A stretch of 63,161 bases of DNA, filler included, from Bdellovibrionota bacterium (GCA_963169515.1; 5 parts of 5 records of this genome joined end to end with filler, not necessarily neighbours in it); one strand, 5' to 3'. Positions 10,616 to 20,388 are shown, numbered from the whole stretch's first letter. Notes: a model not told the origin generated them from the letters alone. Numbers and translations are program-made.

Positions 10616-12229
10616 ATGAAAATATTTGCTTATTCCTTTATTTTTCTATTGTTAACAACTACTTACGCTTCGGCGGTGACGCTAGCCAATTCGTCAGAAG
10701 AGGTTGAGTACACATACGAGGTATCCTTTCGGTCTCTATTGTCTGTCCGTGACGGTATACTAGATCGCAAAGACGCCTTAGCACAGGGGAAATGGCACTC
10801 AGGCCATATGTTTGGCCTGCTCCATTCCGCAAACTATGGCGAGCGCTATGGGGTTCCAGAAGACTTGGCCGAAGGCTTTGCGGGAACCAAAGATCCTGAG
10901 ATTGAAGACGCTGTATCCTTTGTAAAAAGCAATGATAAAAATATTTGGATAACATATCGGGCAAAGGCAAAGATGCTTGTGGTAAAGCCGGTCCTTGCCG
11001 GTTGGATAGGGGCTGCCCAGTCGGGGTCGATTCAGCTTCCGATGCTGATTAATATGCCCGAGATTTATAATAGCGACATTACAGAATACGCTCATGGCAA
11101 ATGGGTTAATTGTACCGACGAATACTACAATACACCGTTTGATTTTTCTTATTTTTATAACCCATTCCGCTGCAAAGAAGTGGGGGAGCCGCCAATTGGC
11201 GAACCTGTAACTTTGTCGCTCCATCGCGTATCTACAGATGGTTACGAGCAAACCAAAATACCGCTCAAGGATATTCGCGGGGACAATGGGAACGGTGAAT
11301 TGGTGATGATGTATTTTGTTAATGGATTCTACGAGAACCCGAATCGCAAAGATGATCCCAAGGTAATTCAAAAAGATGACGGGTGGAAATTGTATAGCTC
11401 GCTGGGCAAGATTTTTGTAAGTCAGTTTAAATTTAAAAAAATGGAAGGCGTAGCTCAATTTCGGAAAGAGCTGGGGCCATTGTATCAGAAATATATTGTG
11501 GGAACAGACATCGAAAAAAATCCGATTAAAGAGCATAATGACTGGAATCGTATTTATTTTAGCACTTATGTAAAAAAATACGCAGGTCGCACCTATGTCA
11601 TTCGTATGAATTTATCCAACACAGAAAACGAGCAGCGCTCGCGGCCATTAAAAACATTCCCTAAGTTTTGGAAAGAAGCGTGGGAAAATGGTGACTTTAT
11701 TTATTACGGTGGCCACTCTGGAGACGGCGTCAGCATGAATCCTGAAGTCATGCAGAACAATCTTAATAAAATTTTTTATGGGTTCTCATCACAAAAATCC
11801 GCTCATAGAAAGAAAACCCGTTCAGATTTCAGGCTGTCTACCGGTAGAGTTGTAGATTCAATGGACATTCGGTTCCAAACGACTAAAACGCAAATCATGT
11901 TATTCGACGCGTGTTCTACGTATGCCCATTATCAAGATGCTTATCGTGACAAAAATCCGAAGCTGCATTTAATGACGTATGGATTGGTAAGTCTGTTTCA
12001 TCTTGCAAAAATCACTGTTGTAACTTTGATGGATATGATTATGAATCAAAAATCAGAGATTCCTTGGGTTCAGGTTCTTGCGAAGATAGAAGAAAACCAG
12101 CTAATACCTCATATGCAGTATTCTTACGACATGAGCCGTCGAGAGGTCTTAAAAGATCCTGATTATTTGAAATATAAAGAGAACAAGCAATATCCGCGGT
12201 TATTGCTTAATGTTTCAGTTCCTGATTGA
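10616..12229 (+). CDS. Secreted hypothetical protein with a possible clan CD (caspase/gingipain-like) peptidase domain
   Basis: Signal peptide ending ASA; C-terminal FIYYGGHSG and IMLFDACS motifs. Confidence 0.6.
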   Translation: MKIFAYSFIFLLLTTTYASAVTLANSSEEVEYTYEVSFRSLLSVRDGILDRKDALAQGKWHSGHMFGLLHSANYGERYGVPEDLAEGFAGTKDPEIEDAVSFVKSNDKNIWITYRAKAKMLVVKPVLAGWIGAAQSGSIQLPMLINMPEIYNSDITEYAHGKWVNCTDEYYNTPFDFSYFYNPFRCKEVGEPPIGEPVTLSLHRVSTDGYEQTKIPLKDIRGDNGNGELVMMYFVNGFYENPNRKDDPKVIQKDDGWKLYSSLGKIFVSQFKFKKMEGVAQFRKELGPLYQKYIVGTDIEKNPIKEHNDWNRIYFSTYVKKYAGRTYVIRMNLSNTENEQRSRPLKTFPKFWKEAWENGDFIYYGGHSGDGVSMNPEVMQNNLNKIFYGFSSQKSAHRKKTRSDFRLSTGRVVDSMDIRFQTTKTQIMLFDACSTYAHYQDAYRDKNPKLHLMTYGLVSLFHLAKITVVTLMDMIMNQKSEIPWVQVLAKIEENQLIPHMQYSYDMSRREVLKDPDYLKYKENKQYPRLLLNVSVPD

Positions 12230-12888
12230 TATTCATGGACATAGAACAGGTCGGCGAAAAATTTAATACAGATGGCATGGACAAATGCCAAGCAAGAGCC
12301 TGGGAATTGCTGCATACATTGGCGGGAAAAGTTGAGCCTGGAATGTCTGAGGAAGAGGCCCATGTGATTTCCGCGGAACTATTTGAAAAATTTGGTTCAG
12401 AAAAGAAATGGCACCCTTCGAAAATTCGATTTGGGAAAAACACCGTAAAAACTTTCAGAGAGATTTCCGATCCCACGGTTCGGTTGCAAGAAAATGACGT
12501 TTTCTTTTTAGACTTGGGTCCAATATTTTACGATCACGAAGGCGATGTTGGGAAGACCTTCGTAGTGGGAGAGTTCCCTGCGGCAAGGAACATTATAAGA
12601 GCGGGTGAAGAAATTTTTGGAAAGGTGTGTCGCCGCTGGAAAGGGACTGGAGAAAGTGGTGCGCAGCTATATGCTTATGCTTCAGGCTTGGCGCGAGAGA
12701 TCGGTTACGAACTTTCTACCACTAGCGGCAGTGGGCATCGAATATCGGACTTCCCACATGCAATTTATCACAAAGGGGCTTTGCGAGAATTTGAACAGAC
12801 CCCACAAGCCTATCGATGGGTGCTTGAAATTCAATTGCTAGATCATGCTAATCAAATAGGCGCGTTCTTTGAAAACATTCTTAAATAA
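12226..12888 (+). CDS. M24-family metallopeptidase (single pita-bread domain)
   Basis: Metal ligands DLGP...EGDVG, GHRISDFPH, WVLEIQ, GAFFE; start is TTG 12226 or ATG 12235. Confidence 0.8.
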   Translation: MIFMDIEQVGEKFNTDGMDKCQARAWELLHTLAGKVEPGMSEEEAHVISAELFEKFGSEKKWHPSKIRFGKNTVKTFREISDPTVRLQENDVFFLDLGPIFYDHEGDVGKTFVVGEFPAARNIIRAGEEIFGKVCRRWKGTGESGAQLYAYASGLAREIGYELSTTSGSGHRISDFPHAIYHKGALREFEQTPQAYRWVLEIQLLDHANQIGAFFENILK

Positions 12889-12975
12889 TCTGTTGACGAC
12901 AGATTAAGACTTTGTAAGAAATAGTACCTCTTTCGACAGGCAATTTCAGAAATTCTCATGGGGGGGAAATTTTCA

Positions 12976-14121
12976 ATGTCAGACCTTCTGAACAAAGTTG
13001 CACCTGTGTCCTTACTTCCGGTAAATGCGGATAAAGCCACTCTTATCGAATTTGGCAAGCTCTATCTTTCTAAATGTGATCATGAAAAGGCGATCCCGTT
13101 TTATGAACGTGCTGTAGAAATCGCCTATGCAGAAAAGGACTTTGAAGTGTACCTGGAGTCCTTGAATTCTCTTTTGCACATGTATGCTGATCGCGAAGAA
13201 GAAGATAAAATTAATCAAACTAAAGAGCGCCTGCAGGACCTCGTTTTAAAAGATGGATTTGCTTTAACATCTAAAACTTTTTACACGCTGGGTGTATGCG
13301 CGGATTTTAAAAAGCAACACGATGTAGCCCTCGAATACTTTCAAAAAGCCCTGGCTCTGGGGCTGTCTAAAAATAGCAAAAAAGATATGTGCTATGCGAT
13401 TACCGGTATTGCCATTACCTATTCGAAACTTGAAAAGTATTCGGAAGCGCTCCAAGAGGTCTACAATTTGAAGGTTTTCTTCGAGGTCTTCCCGCTGCCA
13501 GAGCTTAAGCTTTCGACGCAGATTTTAAATGGCATTATTTTACGTAATTTAGGCCGTTATGAGGAAGCATTGGAAGCCCTTTGGGGTTGTTACGATATTT
13601 TAAAAACAGAAAAAAGCCACTATTACTATATTCACTTACTTTATGTATTGGGCACGACCTATCAAAGGGCAAAGGACATGGAGCTGGCCCGTGTTTATCT
13701 GACGCTCGCACGGAAGTCTGTTGATTCAAACAACTTGAAAAAATTAAGCCGAGATATTGACGAGCGCCTTGCAGAGCTTGGGGTTCAGCCCGATACGGAT
13801 TTCGATTTGGTATTTGATCCGATTGATAAAAGCATTACAGAAAAAAAGCGTGGCAAAGTAGATTTCAAAAATCAATTTATTCTGCTTGAATTGCTGCATC
13901 TGTTGATGAAGGCACCGGGTCTGGTTTATTCAAAAGAATCCATTGTGAAAACAATTTGGGATCAAGAATATAGCCCAGCAATTCATGATAACAAAATCTA
14001 TGTAACAATTAAGAGGCTTCGAAAAATGATAGAGCCGGATTACGAAAAACCTAAGTATATTTTCAGAGCTAAAAACGGATATTATTTTAACAAGAACATT
14101 AAGGTTCGTTTTCAACACTAG
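12976..14121 (+). CDS. TPR + OmpR-type winged-helix transcriptional regulator
   Basis: Multiple TPR repeats, then LLMKAPGLVYSKESIVKTIW...NKIYVTIKRLRKMIE...GYYF (Trans_reg_C-like); ATG at 12976 after a G-run. Confidence 0.82.
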   Translation: MSDLLNKVAPVSLLPVNADKATLIEFGKLYLSKCDHEKAIPFYERAVEIAYAEKDFEVYLESLNSLLHMYADREEEDKINQTKERLQDLVLKDGFALTSKTFYTLGVCADFKKQHDVALEYFQKALALGLSKNSKKDMCYAITGIAITYSKLEKYSEALQEVYNLKVFFEVFPLPELKLSTQILNGIILRNLGRYEEALEALWGCYDILKTEKSHYYYIHLLYVLGTTYQRAKDMELARVYLTLARKSVDSNNLKKLSRDIDERLAELGVQPDTDFDLVFDPIDKSITEKKRGKVDFKNQFILLELLHLLMKAPGLVYSKESIVKTIWDQEYSPAIHDNKIYVTIKRLRKMIEPDYEKPKYIFRAKNGYYFNKNIKVRFQH

Positions 14122-14133
14122 AGGGGTAGTAGT

Positions 14134-14625
14134 ATGAAAAAGACGGTATGTATTTTATTGGGAGTACTAATTTCGATTTCGGCAGTCGCGAAAACGGAAA
14201 GGGGTGGTGCCAAGGGCGGAGACAGTCCATTCCCGCATGGTATTGTTATGGATTTTCCATGGGAATCCGTAGATGGTTGTTGGGTTTCGACCGCAAACGA
14301 AAATTTAAGGGTGCGCGTTGGCAAATTCGAACTTGATGGTCAAAGGCTGGTTGAATTGAATATCGTTAATGGTTCCTTGCGTGCAGTTGGACTGGGAAGT
14401 GTGAGAAACAATCTTGTTTCAGCCTTTATGTCTGCGGTTACGGAAACGGGTGATCGCGATGTATTTTTGGCGAACCTAGGTCGCTATTGCATAGTTCCTG
14501 AGACCGAATATGCTGAATGTAAAGAAGCCATGGGCATATCAATTATGCGCGACAACCGTGGACAATCGACTCAAGAAGACCATGTCCTTCAGCGTGCAAC
14601 TGATGAAAATCAGTGTCAAAACTGA
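14134..14625 (+). CDS. Secreted hypothetical protein
   Basis: Signal peptide (MKKTVCILLGVLISISAVA), GAGGG ribosome site, four Cys in the mature part. Confidence 0.65.
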   Translation: MKKTVCILLGVLISISAVAKTERGGAKGGDSPFPHGIVMDFPWESVDGCWVSTANENLRVRVGKFELDGQRLVELNIVNGSLRAVGLGSVRNNLVSAFMSAVTETGDRDVFLANLGRYCIVPETEYAECKEAMGISIMRDNRGQSTQEDHVLQRATDENQCQN

Positions 14626-14661
14626 CAGCATAAATAGACTTTAAAAAACGCTCGACAGATG

Positions 14662-14710
14662 AATAGAAATCCCCTAAAAATAGAGATCCTCTTTTTAGGG
14701 GATTTCTATT
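14662..14710. terminator. Perfect 19-bp inverted repeat, probable terminator
   Basis: AATAGAAATCCCCTAAAAA (14662-14680), 11-nt loop, TTTTTAGGGGATTTCTATT (14692-14710); lies between the 14134 gene and the tRNA. Confidence 0.6.
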
Positions 14711-14747
14711 TTCAAGGTGATCGGATGAATAAGGTCACTCTTTTGAT

Positions 14748-14823
14748 AGGCGCTTAGCTCAGCTGGTAGAGCGCCACCCTTACAAGGTGGATGTCGTCGG
14801 TTCGATCCCGGCAGCGCCTACCA
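14748..14823 (+). tRNA. tRNA-Val (TAC)
   Basis: Acceptor stem AGGCGCT/AGCGCCT plus ACCA, D arm GCTC-AGCTGGTA-GAGC, anticodon arm CCACC-CT-TAC-AA-GGTGG, T loop GGTTCGATCC; 76 nt. Confidence 0.97.
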
Positions 14824-14856
14824 ATTTTTCTGGCTCTTCATCAAACTGTTATGGGT

Positions 14857-15165
14857 TTAATTAAGCTTATAGCTCGCGATTTCTCGAACCAATCGTTCGG
14901 TTCGAATAGTTATTTTTTCGCGCCCACGGCGACAGTTCTCGACAAAATATTTTTTTATGTCGGCTTTGCATTTTTTTTCAAGCTGGATATGTTCCCATTT
15001 GAGCTCACGTAATTGCTTTTTAACAGTTTTGATGTAAGCCGGATCACTGGGTAATGTTCGCAAGTCCATTTTATACAATACGCGGGGGGTAATCTCGCTT
15101 TCGCAGAAACCAAGGATTGAAAACGTACTGAGCAAAATAGTTATAACGACAAAATGTTTGCTCAT
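14857..15165 (-). CDS. Small secreted hypothetical protein
   Basis: N-terminal signal-like segment; basic helical remainder. Confidence 0.5.
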   Translation of the reverse strand: MSKHFVVITILLSTFSILGFCESEITPRVLYKMDLRTLPSDPAYIKTVKKQLRELKWEHIQLEKKCKADIKKYFVENCRRGREKITIRTERLVREIASYKLN

Positions 15166-15270
15166 TGTATTGTATAAGGAAGCAAACAGGATACCAGGTT
15201 AGCTCAACTGTGTGTATTTATAGGGGAAAATATGTCTCAGGCCTGCACAGGTGTTAAATATTAAACCGTC

Positions 15271-16143
15271 TCAAAGTGAGACGCTTTCAGGGGTAAAACT
15301 TCTAGGAGAAAATCCAAAGTCTTGCTTGGCCTTTTCATGGTCGAAACTTAAATCGTCGTTTATTCGACTGACCATTTCGGTATTCAGGTATCGAAATTTT
15401 GGTATCAGAGACAGGCTTGCAATGGTACCTGCCAAAATAAAATAAGGAAGATTAACAATTCGCGGTTTTTTGCCCATTGATAGAAATAATGCTTCAACCA
15501 TCTCTTTATAGGTAAGGATATTTCCACCAGATAGGACGTAGATTGATCCAAAGGTTTTTTCACAATTGAGCGATTGAACGATTGCTGTGGCAATGTCTTC
15601 TGCGTGAATAGGCTGACGTAAGCCTTTGCCATTATTCCAAACAGGAAAAAATTTGAATTTTTTTATTAGTGAGACGATAACTGAAATGTTTTTATCTCGG
15701 CCGTCGCTATATACAAGAGTTGGTCTAAAGATCGTCCAGGCGATGTTGTTTGCACTACATTTTTCAGAAATGGTTTTTTCATCGGATAAAAGTGCTTGAA
15801 TCGATTTTTGTTCTCGTTCGTTTTTGGAATTTGTCTTGGTTAAAACGCCAGTGGAACTTGTTCCAATGATGCGCTTGATAGACGAATTTTTTTGCTCGCA
15901 TAACCATTTCGAAACCAGGCTCAATGGTCCCACACTAATCCAAGCGTGTGGTTGGGCCATTTCAATGATTTGTGTCACAGGATTGTCATTGCTTAGGAAA
16001 TGCCATTTTAATCTGGGATCAGAGCCGAATGTCTTTTCACGCGATCGGGTCACAGCGTGGACCATATAGCCCTTCAGTAACAGCTGATTGATAAGATATG
16101 GGCCGATTTGGCTCGTGGCGCCGGTGAGAAGGATGGTTTCCAT
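15271..16143 (-). CDS. NAD-dependent epimerase/dehydratase (atypical SDR)
   Basis: ILLTGATSQIG Rossmann motif, FRPTLVY, RQPIHAEDIA; ATG overlaps the upstream stop (TAATG). Confidence 0.85.
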   Translation of the reverse strand: METILLTGATSQIGPYLINQLLLKGYMVHAVTRSREKTFGSDPRLKWHFLSNDNPVTQIIEMAQPHAWISVGPLSLVSKWLCEQKNSSIKRIIGTSSTGVLTKTNSKNEREQKSIQALLSDEKTISEKCSANNIAWTIFRPTLVYSDGRDKNISVIVSLIKKFKFFPVWNNGKGLRQPIHAEDIATAIVQSLNCEKTFGSIYVLSGGNILTYKEMVEALFLSMGKKPRIVNLPYFILAGTIASLSLIPKFRYLNTEMVSRINDDLSFDHEKAKQDFGFSPRSFTPESVSL

Positions 16144-17255
16144 TAGATCATTTTTCGCCACACAAAGCGATCCACATAGTGGGTGTAGCTTTGAATCAGT
16201 TTTACGATATGCTCGGATACGTTTTCCACTTCGTAGTCAGGAATCATTGGGGCACGAGCAGTACCTACAGACAATTTAACTGCATTGCATACGTCTTCAG
16301 GATTAGTTCCAGACATAATGATTGTTCCAACATCCATGCCTTCAGGTCTTTCGTGAGCATTTCGTATTGTAATTGCGGGCACGTTGAGCAAGCATGCTTC
16401 TTCGGTAATTGTTCCGCTATCTGATACTATACAATAGGCATTTTTTTGAAGATTGTTATAATCTAAAAATCCAAATGGCTTTAAAAACTCGATCAGTGAA
16501 TTTGAGCTTTTAAAACCAAGAGAGTCCAAGCGCTTTTGTGTGCGCGGATGGGTTGAAACAAAGATTTTCTTTTTAAAAGTCGTCGCAAGCAAATTTAAAG
16601 AAGTTAGAATATTTTGTAAATTTGCTTCATAATCTATATTTTCTTCTCGATGCAGACTAACAAGAATATATTCTTTAGCTTTTGCCTTTAAAGTATCTAA
16701 AACAATGCTTTGGTCAATTTTAGGCATATAATACTTTAAAACCTCTTTCATGCAGCTGCCTGTTTTGATCACTCGGTCTGGAGGAATCCCTTCTTTAATT
16801 AAATAATTTCGAGCGTGCTCTGAAAGTGGCAGATTAATGTCTGACAAATGATCAACAATTTTACGATTGATTTCTTCTGGGACTCTCTGATCAAAGCTCC
16901 TATTGCCGGCTTCCATATGAAAAATAGGAATTTTGCGACGTTTTGCAGATATAACTGCCAAACACGAATTTGTATCTCCATAAAGCAAAACGGCGTCTGG
17001 TTTAGCTTTTTCCATTAACCTATCGGATTCAACTAGAACATTAGATATGGTTTCTATTGGAGTCTCGCCCGCTGCGTTTAAAAAGTAATCAGGCTTTCGA
17101 ACTTCTAGGTCCTTAAAAAAGATTTCACTTAATTCGTAATCGTAATTCTGTCCTGTGTGAACAACGGTGTGTTCCATATATTTATCTAGCGCGGCTATAA
17201 CACGGCTTAATTTTATAATTTCAGGACGTGTTCCTATAATTGTCATTACCTTCAT
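16143..17255 (-). CDS. wecB: Non-hydrolysing UDP-N-acetylhexosamine 2-epimerase, FnlC/QnlB/WbjD type
   Basis: GTRPEIIKLS, HTGQNYD, YGDTNS, HMEAGNRSFDQRVPEEINR, SDSGTITEE, HERPEG. Confidence 0.9.
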   Translation of the reverse strand: MKVMTIIGTRPEIIKLSRVIAALDKYMEHTVVHTGQNYDYELSEIFFKDLEVRKPDYFLNAAGETPIETISNVLVESDRLMEKAKPDAVLLYGDTNSCLAVISAKRRKIPIFHMEAGNRSFDQRVPEEINRKIVDHLSDINLPLSEHARNYLIKEGIPPDRVIKTGSCMKEVLKYYMPKIDQSIVLDTLKAKAKEYILVSLHREENIDYEANLQNILTSLNLLATTFKKKIFVSTHPRTQKRLDSLGFKSSNSLIEFLKPFGFLDYNNLQKNAYCIVSDSGTITEEACLLNVPAITIRNAHERPEGMDVGTIIMSGTNPEDVCNAVKLSVGTARAPMIPDYEVENVSEHIVKLIQSYTHYVDRFVWRKMI

Positions 17256-17326
17256 AAAAACCCCATAGAGCCTGTGCCACCTGTGATAAGTGGGGTTTTG
17301 TCGTCAAAGCAATTCTTACTTGTCAT
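17252..17326 (-). pseudogene. N-terminal remnant of an FnlA/CapE-type 4,6-dehydratase gene
   Basis: Manual translation MTSKNCFDDKTPLITGGTGSMGFL* resembles the FnlA N-terminus (F.DKTLLITGGTGS.G); only 24 codons, joined directly to the epimerase start. Confidence 0.7.
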
Positions 17327-17880
17327 AATTTATCCGCTCATCTTTCTTCATTGCGGTTAACATTTACAACCACTCTGGTTTTTTAAAGCCAGTCAATTTA
17401 GAATACAACTCGCAGTTAAGAGATTTATCTACAAGGTAATCTGATTTTTGTTTAATCTCAACCTGACATCCATAAACTCGGTTTATTAGTTTTAAAAGTT
17501 CATATTTATTAATTTTTTGGCTCGCCAATTGATATAAACCACTTAGTCTTGGGAAGTTTTCGAGCATACATATAGATTAGCACGCGCTGCGCATTAATCT
17601 CTCCCATTGCTGGGAGGATCGGATTCCACCCTTTTTTGCCTGAGAAAACGCAATCAGTGCTGAATAATACCAGTCTCGCGTTATTAGCTTCGGCCCACCA
17701 AGCAAGGTTGTATCGATGTTGTCATAGGCTTGGGCCATTTTAAAAAATACCGATATTGTCATAGGTAGGACTTTAGCTTGTGCAGGGAGCAGGCCACCTT
17801 GGCCGAACCATAGTAATCGTACAACTTTAAAAATGTTTGGTGCCCTCACATTCCAGAGCCCCAAGAACCAAGATTTTCAT
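17316..17880 (-). pseudogene. Decayed RmlD-like (QnlA/WbvR-type) sugar reductase
   Basis: MKILVLGA, then a frameshift to SGM*GHQ; internal ARLVLFSTDCVFSGKKG; C-terminal LSGLYQLASQKINKYELL...DKSLN...PEWL*ML; stops, frameshifts and internal deletions. Confidence 0.8.
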
Positions 17881-17963
17881 TCAGAAATCATTGCTGAATT
17901 TTTCTCTATTTTAATAGAAATAACTATGTGCACCATGCCCTAGATTTGATAAGTATAACAGTA

Positions 17964-18902
17964 ATGATTGTGTTTGCTGTTAATATACATACGGGCGGAG
18001 GAAAAGTCCTTTTAGATGAGCTTATTGAAGGTCGTCAGTTCGGCCCTGTTTCGGCCCTTTTTGTAGACTCTCGCTATGACGTTTCAAGGGCACAGGAGCT
18101 CGGAATAAAGACTTTTCCGGTCTATTCAAATCTAAAAAGCAGAATGAACGCGGAGCTTGATTTAACAAAAATCGCAGCTCAAAACCCTAACGAAGAAATT
18201 TTATTTTTTGGTAATCTGCCGCCAAAGCGCCGACTAGCGAATAAATCCATTTTATATCTGCAAAGTTGTTTTTTACTGTCAGAGATTTCATTGCCAAAGG
18301 ATTCGCTTAAATTATTTTTGCGAATAATTTTAGAGCGATGCTGGCTGCAAAATTTTATTAAAAATATTAATGTGATTTGGGTGCAAACGCGATGGATGAC
18401 ACAATTAGTGTCGAAGGATTTCCCAACCGTCCCCGTTGAGAAAAGACCCTTTTTGCCGGAACTGCCAAAGGTTTTTTCAACTGAAAAAAAATACGATTTT
18501 ATCTCTGTGACTAGCTTTTTAAAGCATAAAAATATTAAAACATTAATAAAAGCATTAGAAATTTTAGACGCTGAAACAAACAAATTGCTTTCTGTGGCGT
18601 TGGTTCTGGATTCTTCAGAAATACCCGTGAAACTTAAAGAAAAACGGTTCAAAAATATTAAATTGAATATTGTAAATAATCTCGCCCGCCAGGAATTGGC
18701 GCAACTCTACTCGGAATCCAAGGTTAGTGTTGTGACAAGTTCGTTAGAATCCTTTTGCCTTCCTCTGCATGAATCTGCTTTTTATAAGTTAAAAATTATT
18801 GCTCTAGACACACCGTTTGCTAGAGAGTCCGGCGTGGTCAGCGCATTTTATAGCAAAAATTCAAGCGAAGAACTCGCAAGGCTAATGGCAAACACATCAT
18901 AG
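17964..18902 (+). CDS. Glycosyltransferase (GT4-like, GT-B fold)
   Basis: NIHTGGG N-terminus, KHKNIKTL, SSLESFCLPLHES (EX7E-like). Confidence 0.82.
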   Translation: MIVFAVNIHTGGGKVLLDELIEGRQFGPVSALFVDSRYDVSRAQELGIKTFPVYSNLKSRMNAELDLTKIAAQNPNEEILFFGNLPPKRRLANKSILYLQSCFLLSEISLPKDSLKLFLRIILERCWLQNFIKNINVIWVQTRWMTQLVSKDFPTVPVEKRPFLPELPKVFSTEKKYDFISVTSFLKHKNIKTLIKALEILDAETNKLLSVALVLDSSEIPVKLKEKRFKNIKLNIVNNLARQELAQLYSESKVSVVTSSLESFCLPLHESAFYKLKIIALDTPFARESGVVSAFYSKNSSEELARLMANTS

Positions 18903-18953
18903 CGCGCCACATTAACAGTAGAAATTCTATCTAGAACAACAAATATTCGTTCC

Positions 18954-19679
18954 ATGAGTCGAATTTTAGATTTTTATCGAAATGGTCAGTACTTTAAAAA
19001 TAATCCCACTTGGGACTCAACTGATGCAGATTGGAAATACCAGCGGTTTGCAAAAAAAATTGAAGCACATTTGCCAGAGGAACAAGGAACTGTTTGGGAA
19101 GTCGGATGTGGCAGTGGGGCGTTGTTGAAAAGGCTCGCATCCGAGATGCCAAAACATAAGTTTTATGGTTGGGATATTGCGCCCGAGGCAAAACAGTTTT
19201 GGAACCACAGCTATTCCAATTTAAACTTTGAAATTGGAGATGTTCTTGAAACGGGCATGAGTCGTGCGGCTGACGTTATTATGTTGATCGATGTTTTAGA
19301 ACACCTTGCAGATCCAACCACCTTTTTAGAGCGAATTCGAAATAAGGGTAAGTATGTGATAATACACCTTCCCCTCGATTTAACTGTAATAAATCTAATT
19401 TTTGATCAAAAATTGCTGAACTTAAGAGATTCTGTTGGTCATATTCATTATTACACAAAATCAATAGCTGAAAAAATGCTTAGAGAGTCAGGCTATGAGG
19501 TTCTTGTGTCAGAATATAGCAATGCTTGGAAAGACTCGCCTAATTTAAGGCTCCTCGGCCGCTTAGGTCGTGTTTTCAGGAAAGTTTTTAACTGGTTTAG
19601 CCCAGCACTAAACGCAAAGATTTTAGGTGGTGAAACACTTATACTTATAGCAAAGCCGGCGGCTTCCGTTGTCTATTAG
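18954..19679 (+). CDS. Class I SAM-dependent methyltransferase
   Basis: EVGCGSG, GWDI, DVLEHLADP, GHIHYY. Confidence 0.88.
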   Translation: MSRILDFYRNGQYFKNNPTWDSTDADWKYQRFAKKIEAHLPEEQGTVWEVGCGSGALLKRLASEMPKHKFYGWDIAPEAKQFWNHSYSNLNFEIGDVLETGMSRAADVIMLIDVLEHLADPTTFLERIRNKGKYVIIHLPLDLTVINLIFDQKLLNLRDSVGHIHYYTKSIAEKMLRESGYEVLVSEYSNAWKDSPNLRLLGRLGRVFRKVFNWFSPALNAKILGGETLILIAKPAASVVY

Positions 19680-19722
19680 TTGATGACACGTTTTTGGCGC
19701 TACGATATACGTCAATGTTGCT

Positions 19723-20388
19723 GTGGGTGAATTACGAATTAAAAATTATGATTATTCCTATAGGCTGGCCCAGTTCGGCCTGAGTGCCATAATAGCCAAC
19801 CACATTGCCGAATATTTTGTTAGATTATTTCCAGACAAACTATTTCATCCGAATTTTGTAACTTTCATTAATCTCATGCTCGCAATGTCGCTAATCCCAC
19901 TAGCATTGCAAGGAAGATACGAAGTGTTTGGCGGCGTGGTCATTTTAATAATCATGCTTGATAATGTTGATGGATATTTAGCCCGAGCATGGAAAGCAAG
20001 TTCAAGCTTGGGGAGAATTTTTGATGGTTTTGTGGATTGTTTTGCATACGCCTGTTTAATAGTATCAACATACATACTTGAAAAAAGCATTTTACCTATA
20101 GTAGTTTTGGCCATTTATACCGTTATAGTTAATTGTCGGTTTTTTTTGGCACAAATGAACCAGCCCAGCAGTAAAGACGTTGATTTAAATCAAAAGAAAA
20201 AACACAGGCTCGTAAGATCAGCAATATCATTTCTGATGGGATATAACGATGCAATCTGTGCGCTAGGGCTGATCATTCTTATAAATAAAGCGTGGATAAG
20301 TTATTGGTTAATGTATGAAATAATTCGCCGAGCATGGAATTTTTTAAATTTATCTAGACAGTTTTGGTATTCTCACATTCATGAATAG
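19723..20388 (+). CDS. CDP-alcohol phosphatidyltransferase family protein
   Basis: HPNFVT and signature DNVDGYLAR...GRIFDGFVD; start uncertain. Confidence 0.85.
   Translation: MGELRIKNYDYSYRLAQFGLSAIIANHIAEYFVRLFPDKLFHPNFVTFINLMLAMSLIPLALQGRYEVFGGVVILIIMLDNVDGYLARAWKASSSLGRIFDGFVDCFAYACLIVSTYILEKSILPIVVLAIYTVIVNCRFFLAQMNQPSSKDVDLNQKKKHRLVRSAISFLMGYNDAICALGLIILINKAWISYWLMYEIIRRAWNFLNLSRQFWYSHIHE

Noticed and set aside
17577..17864. 95-aa ORF in the track
   Set aside because: Wrong frame over the RmlD-like pseudogene; the conserved motifs lie in other frames
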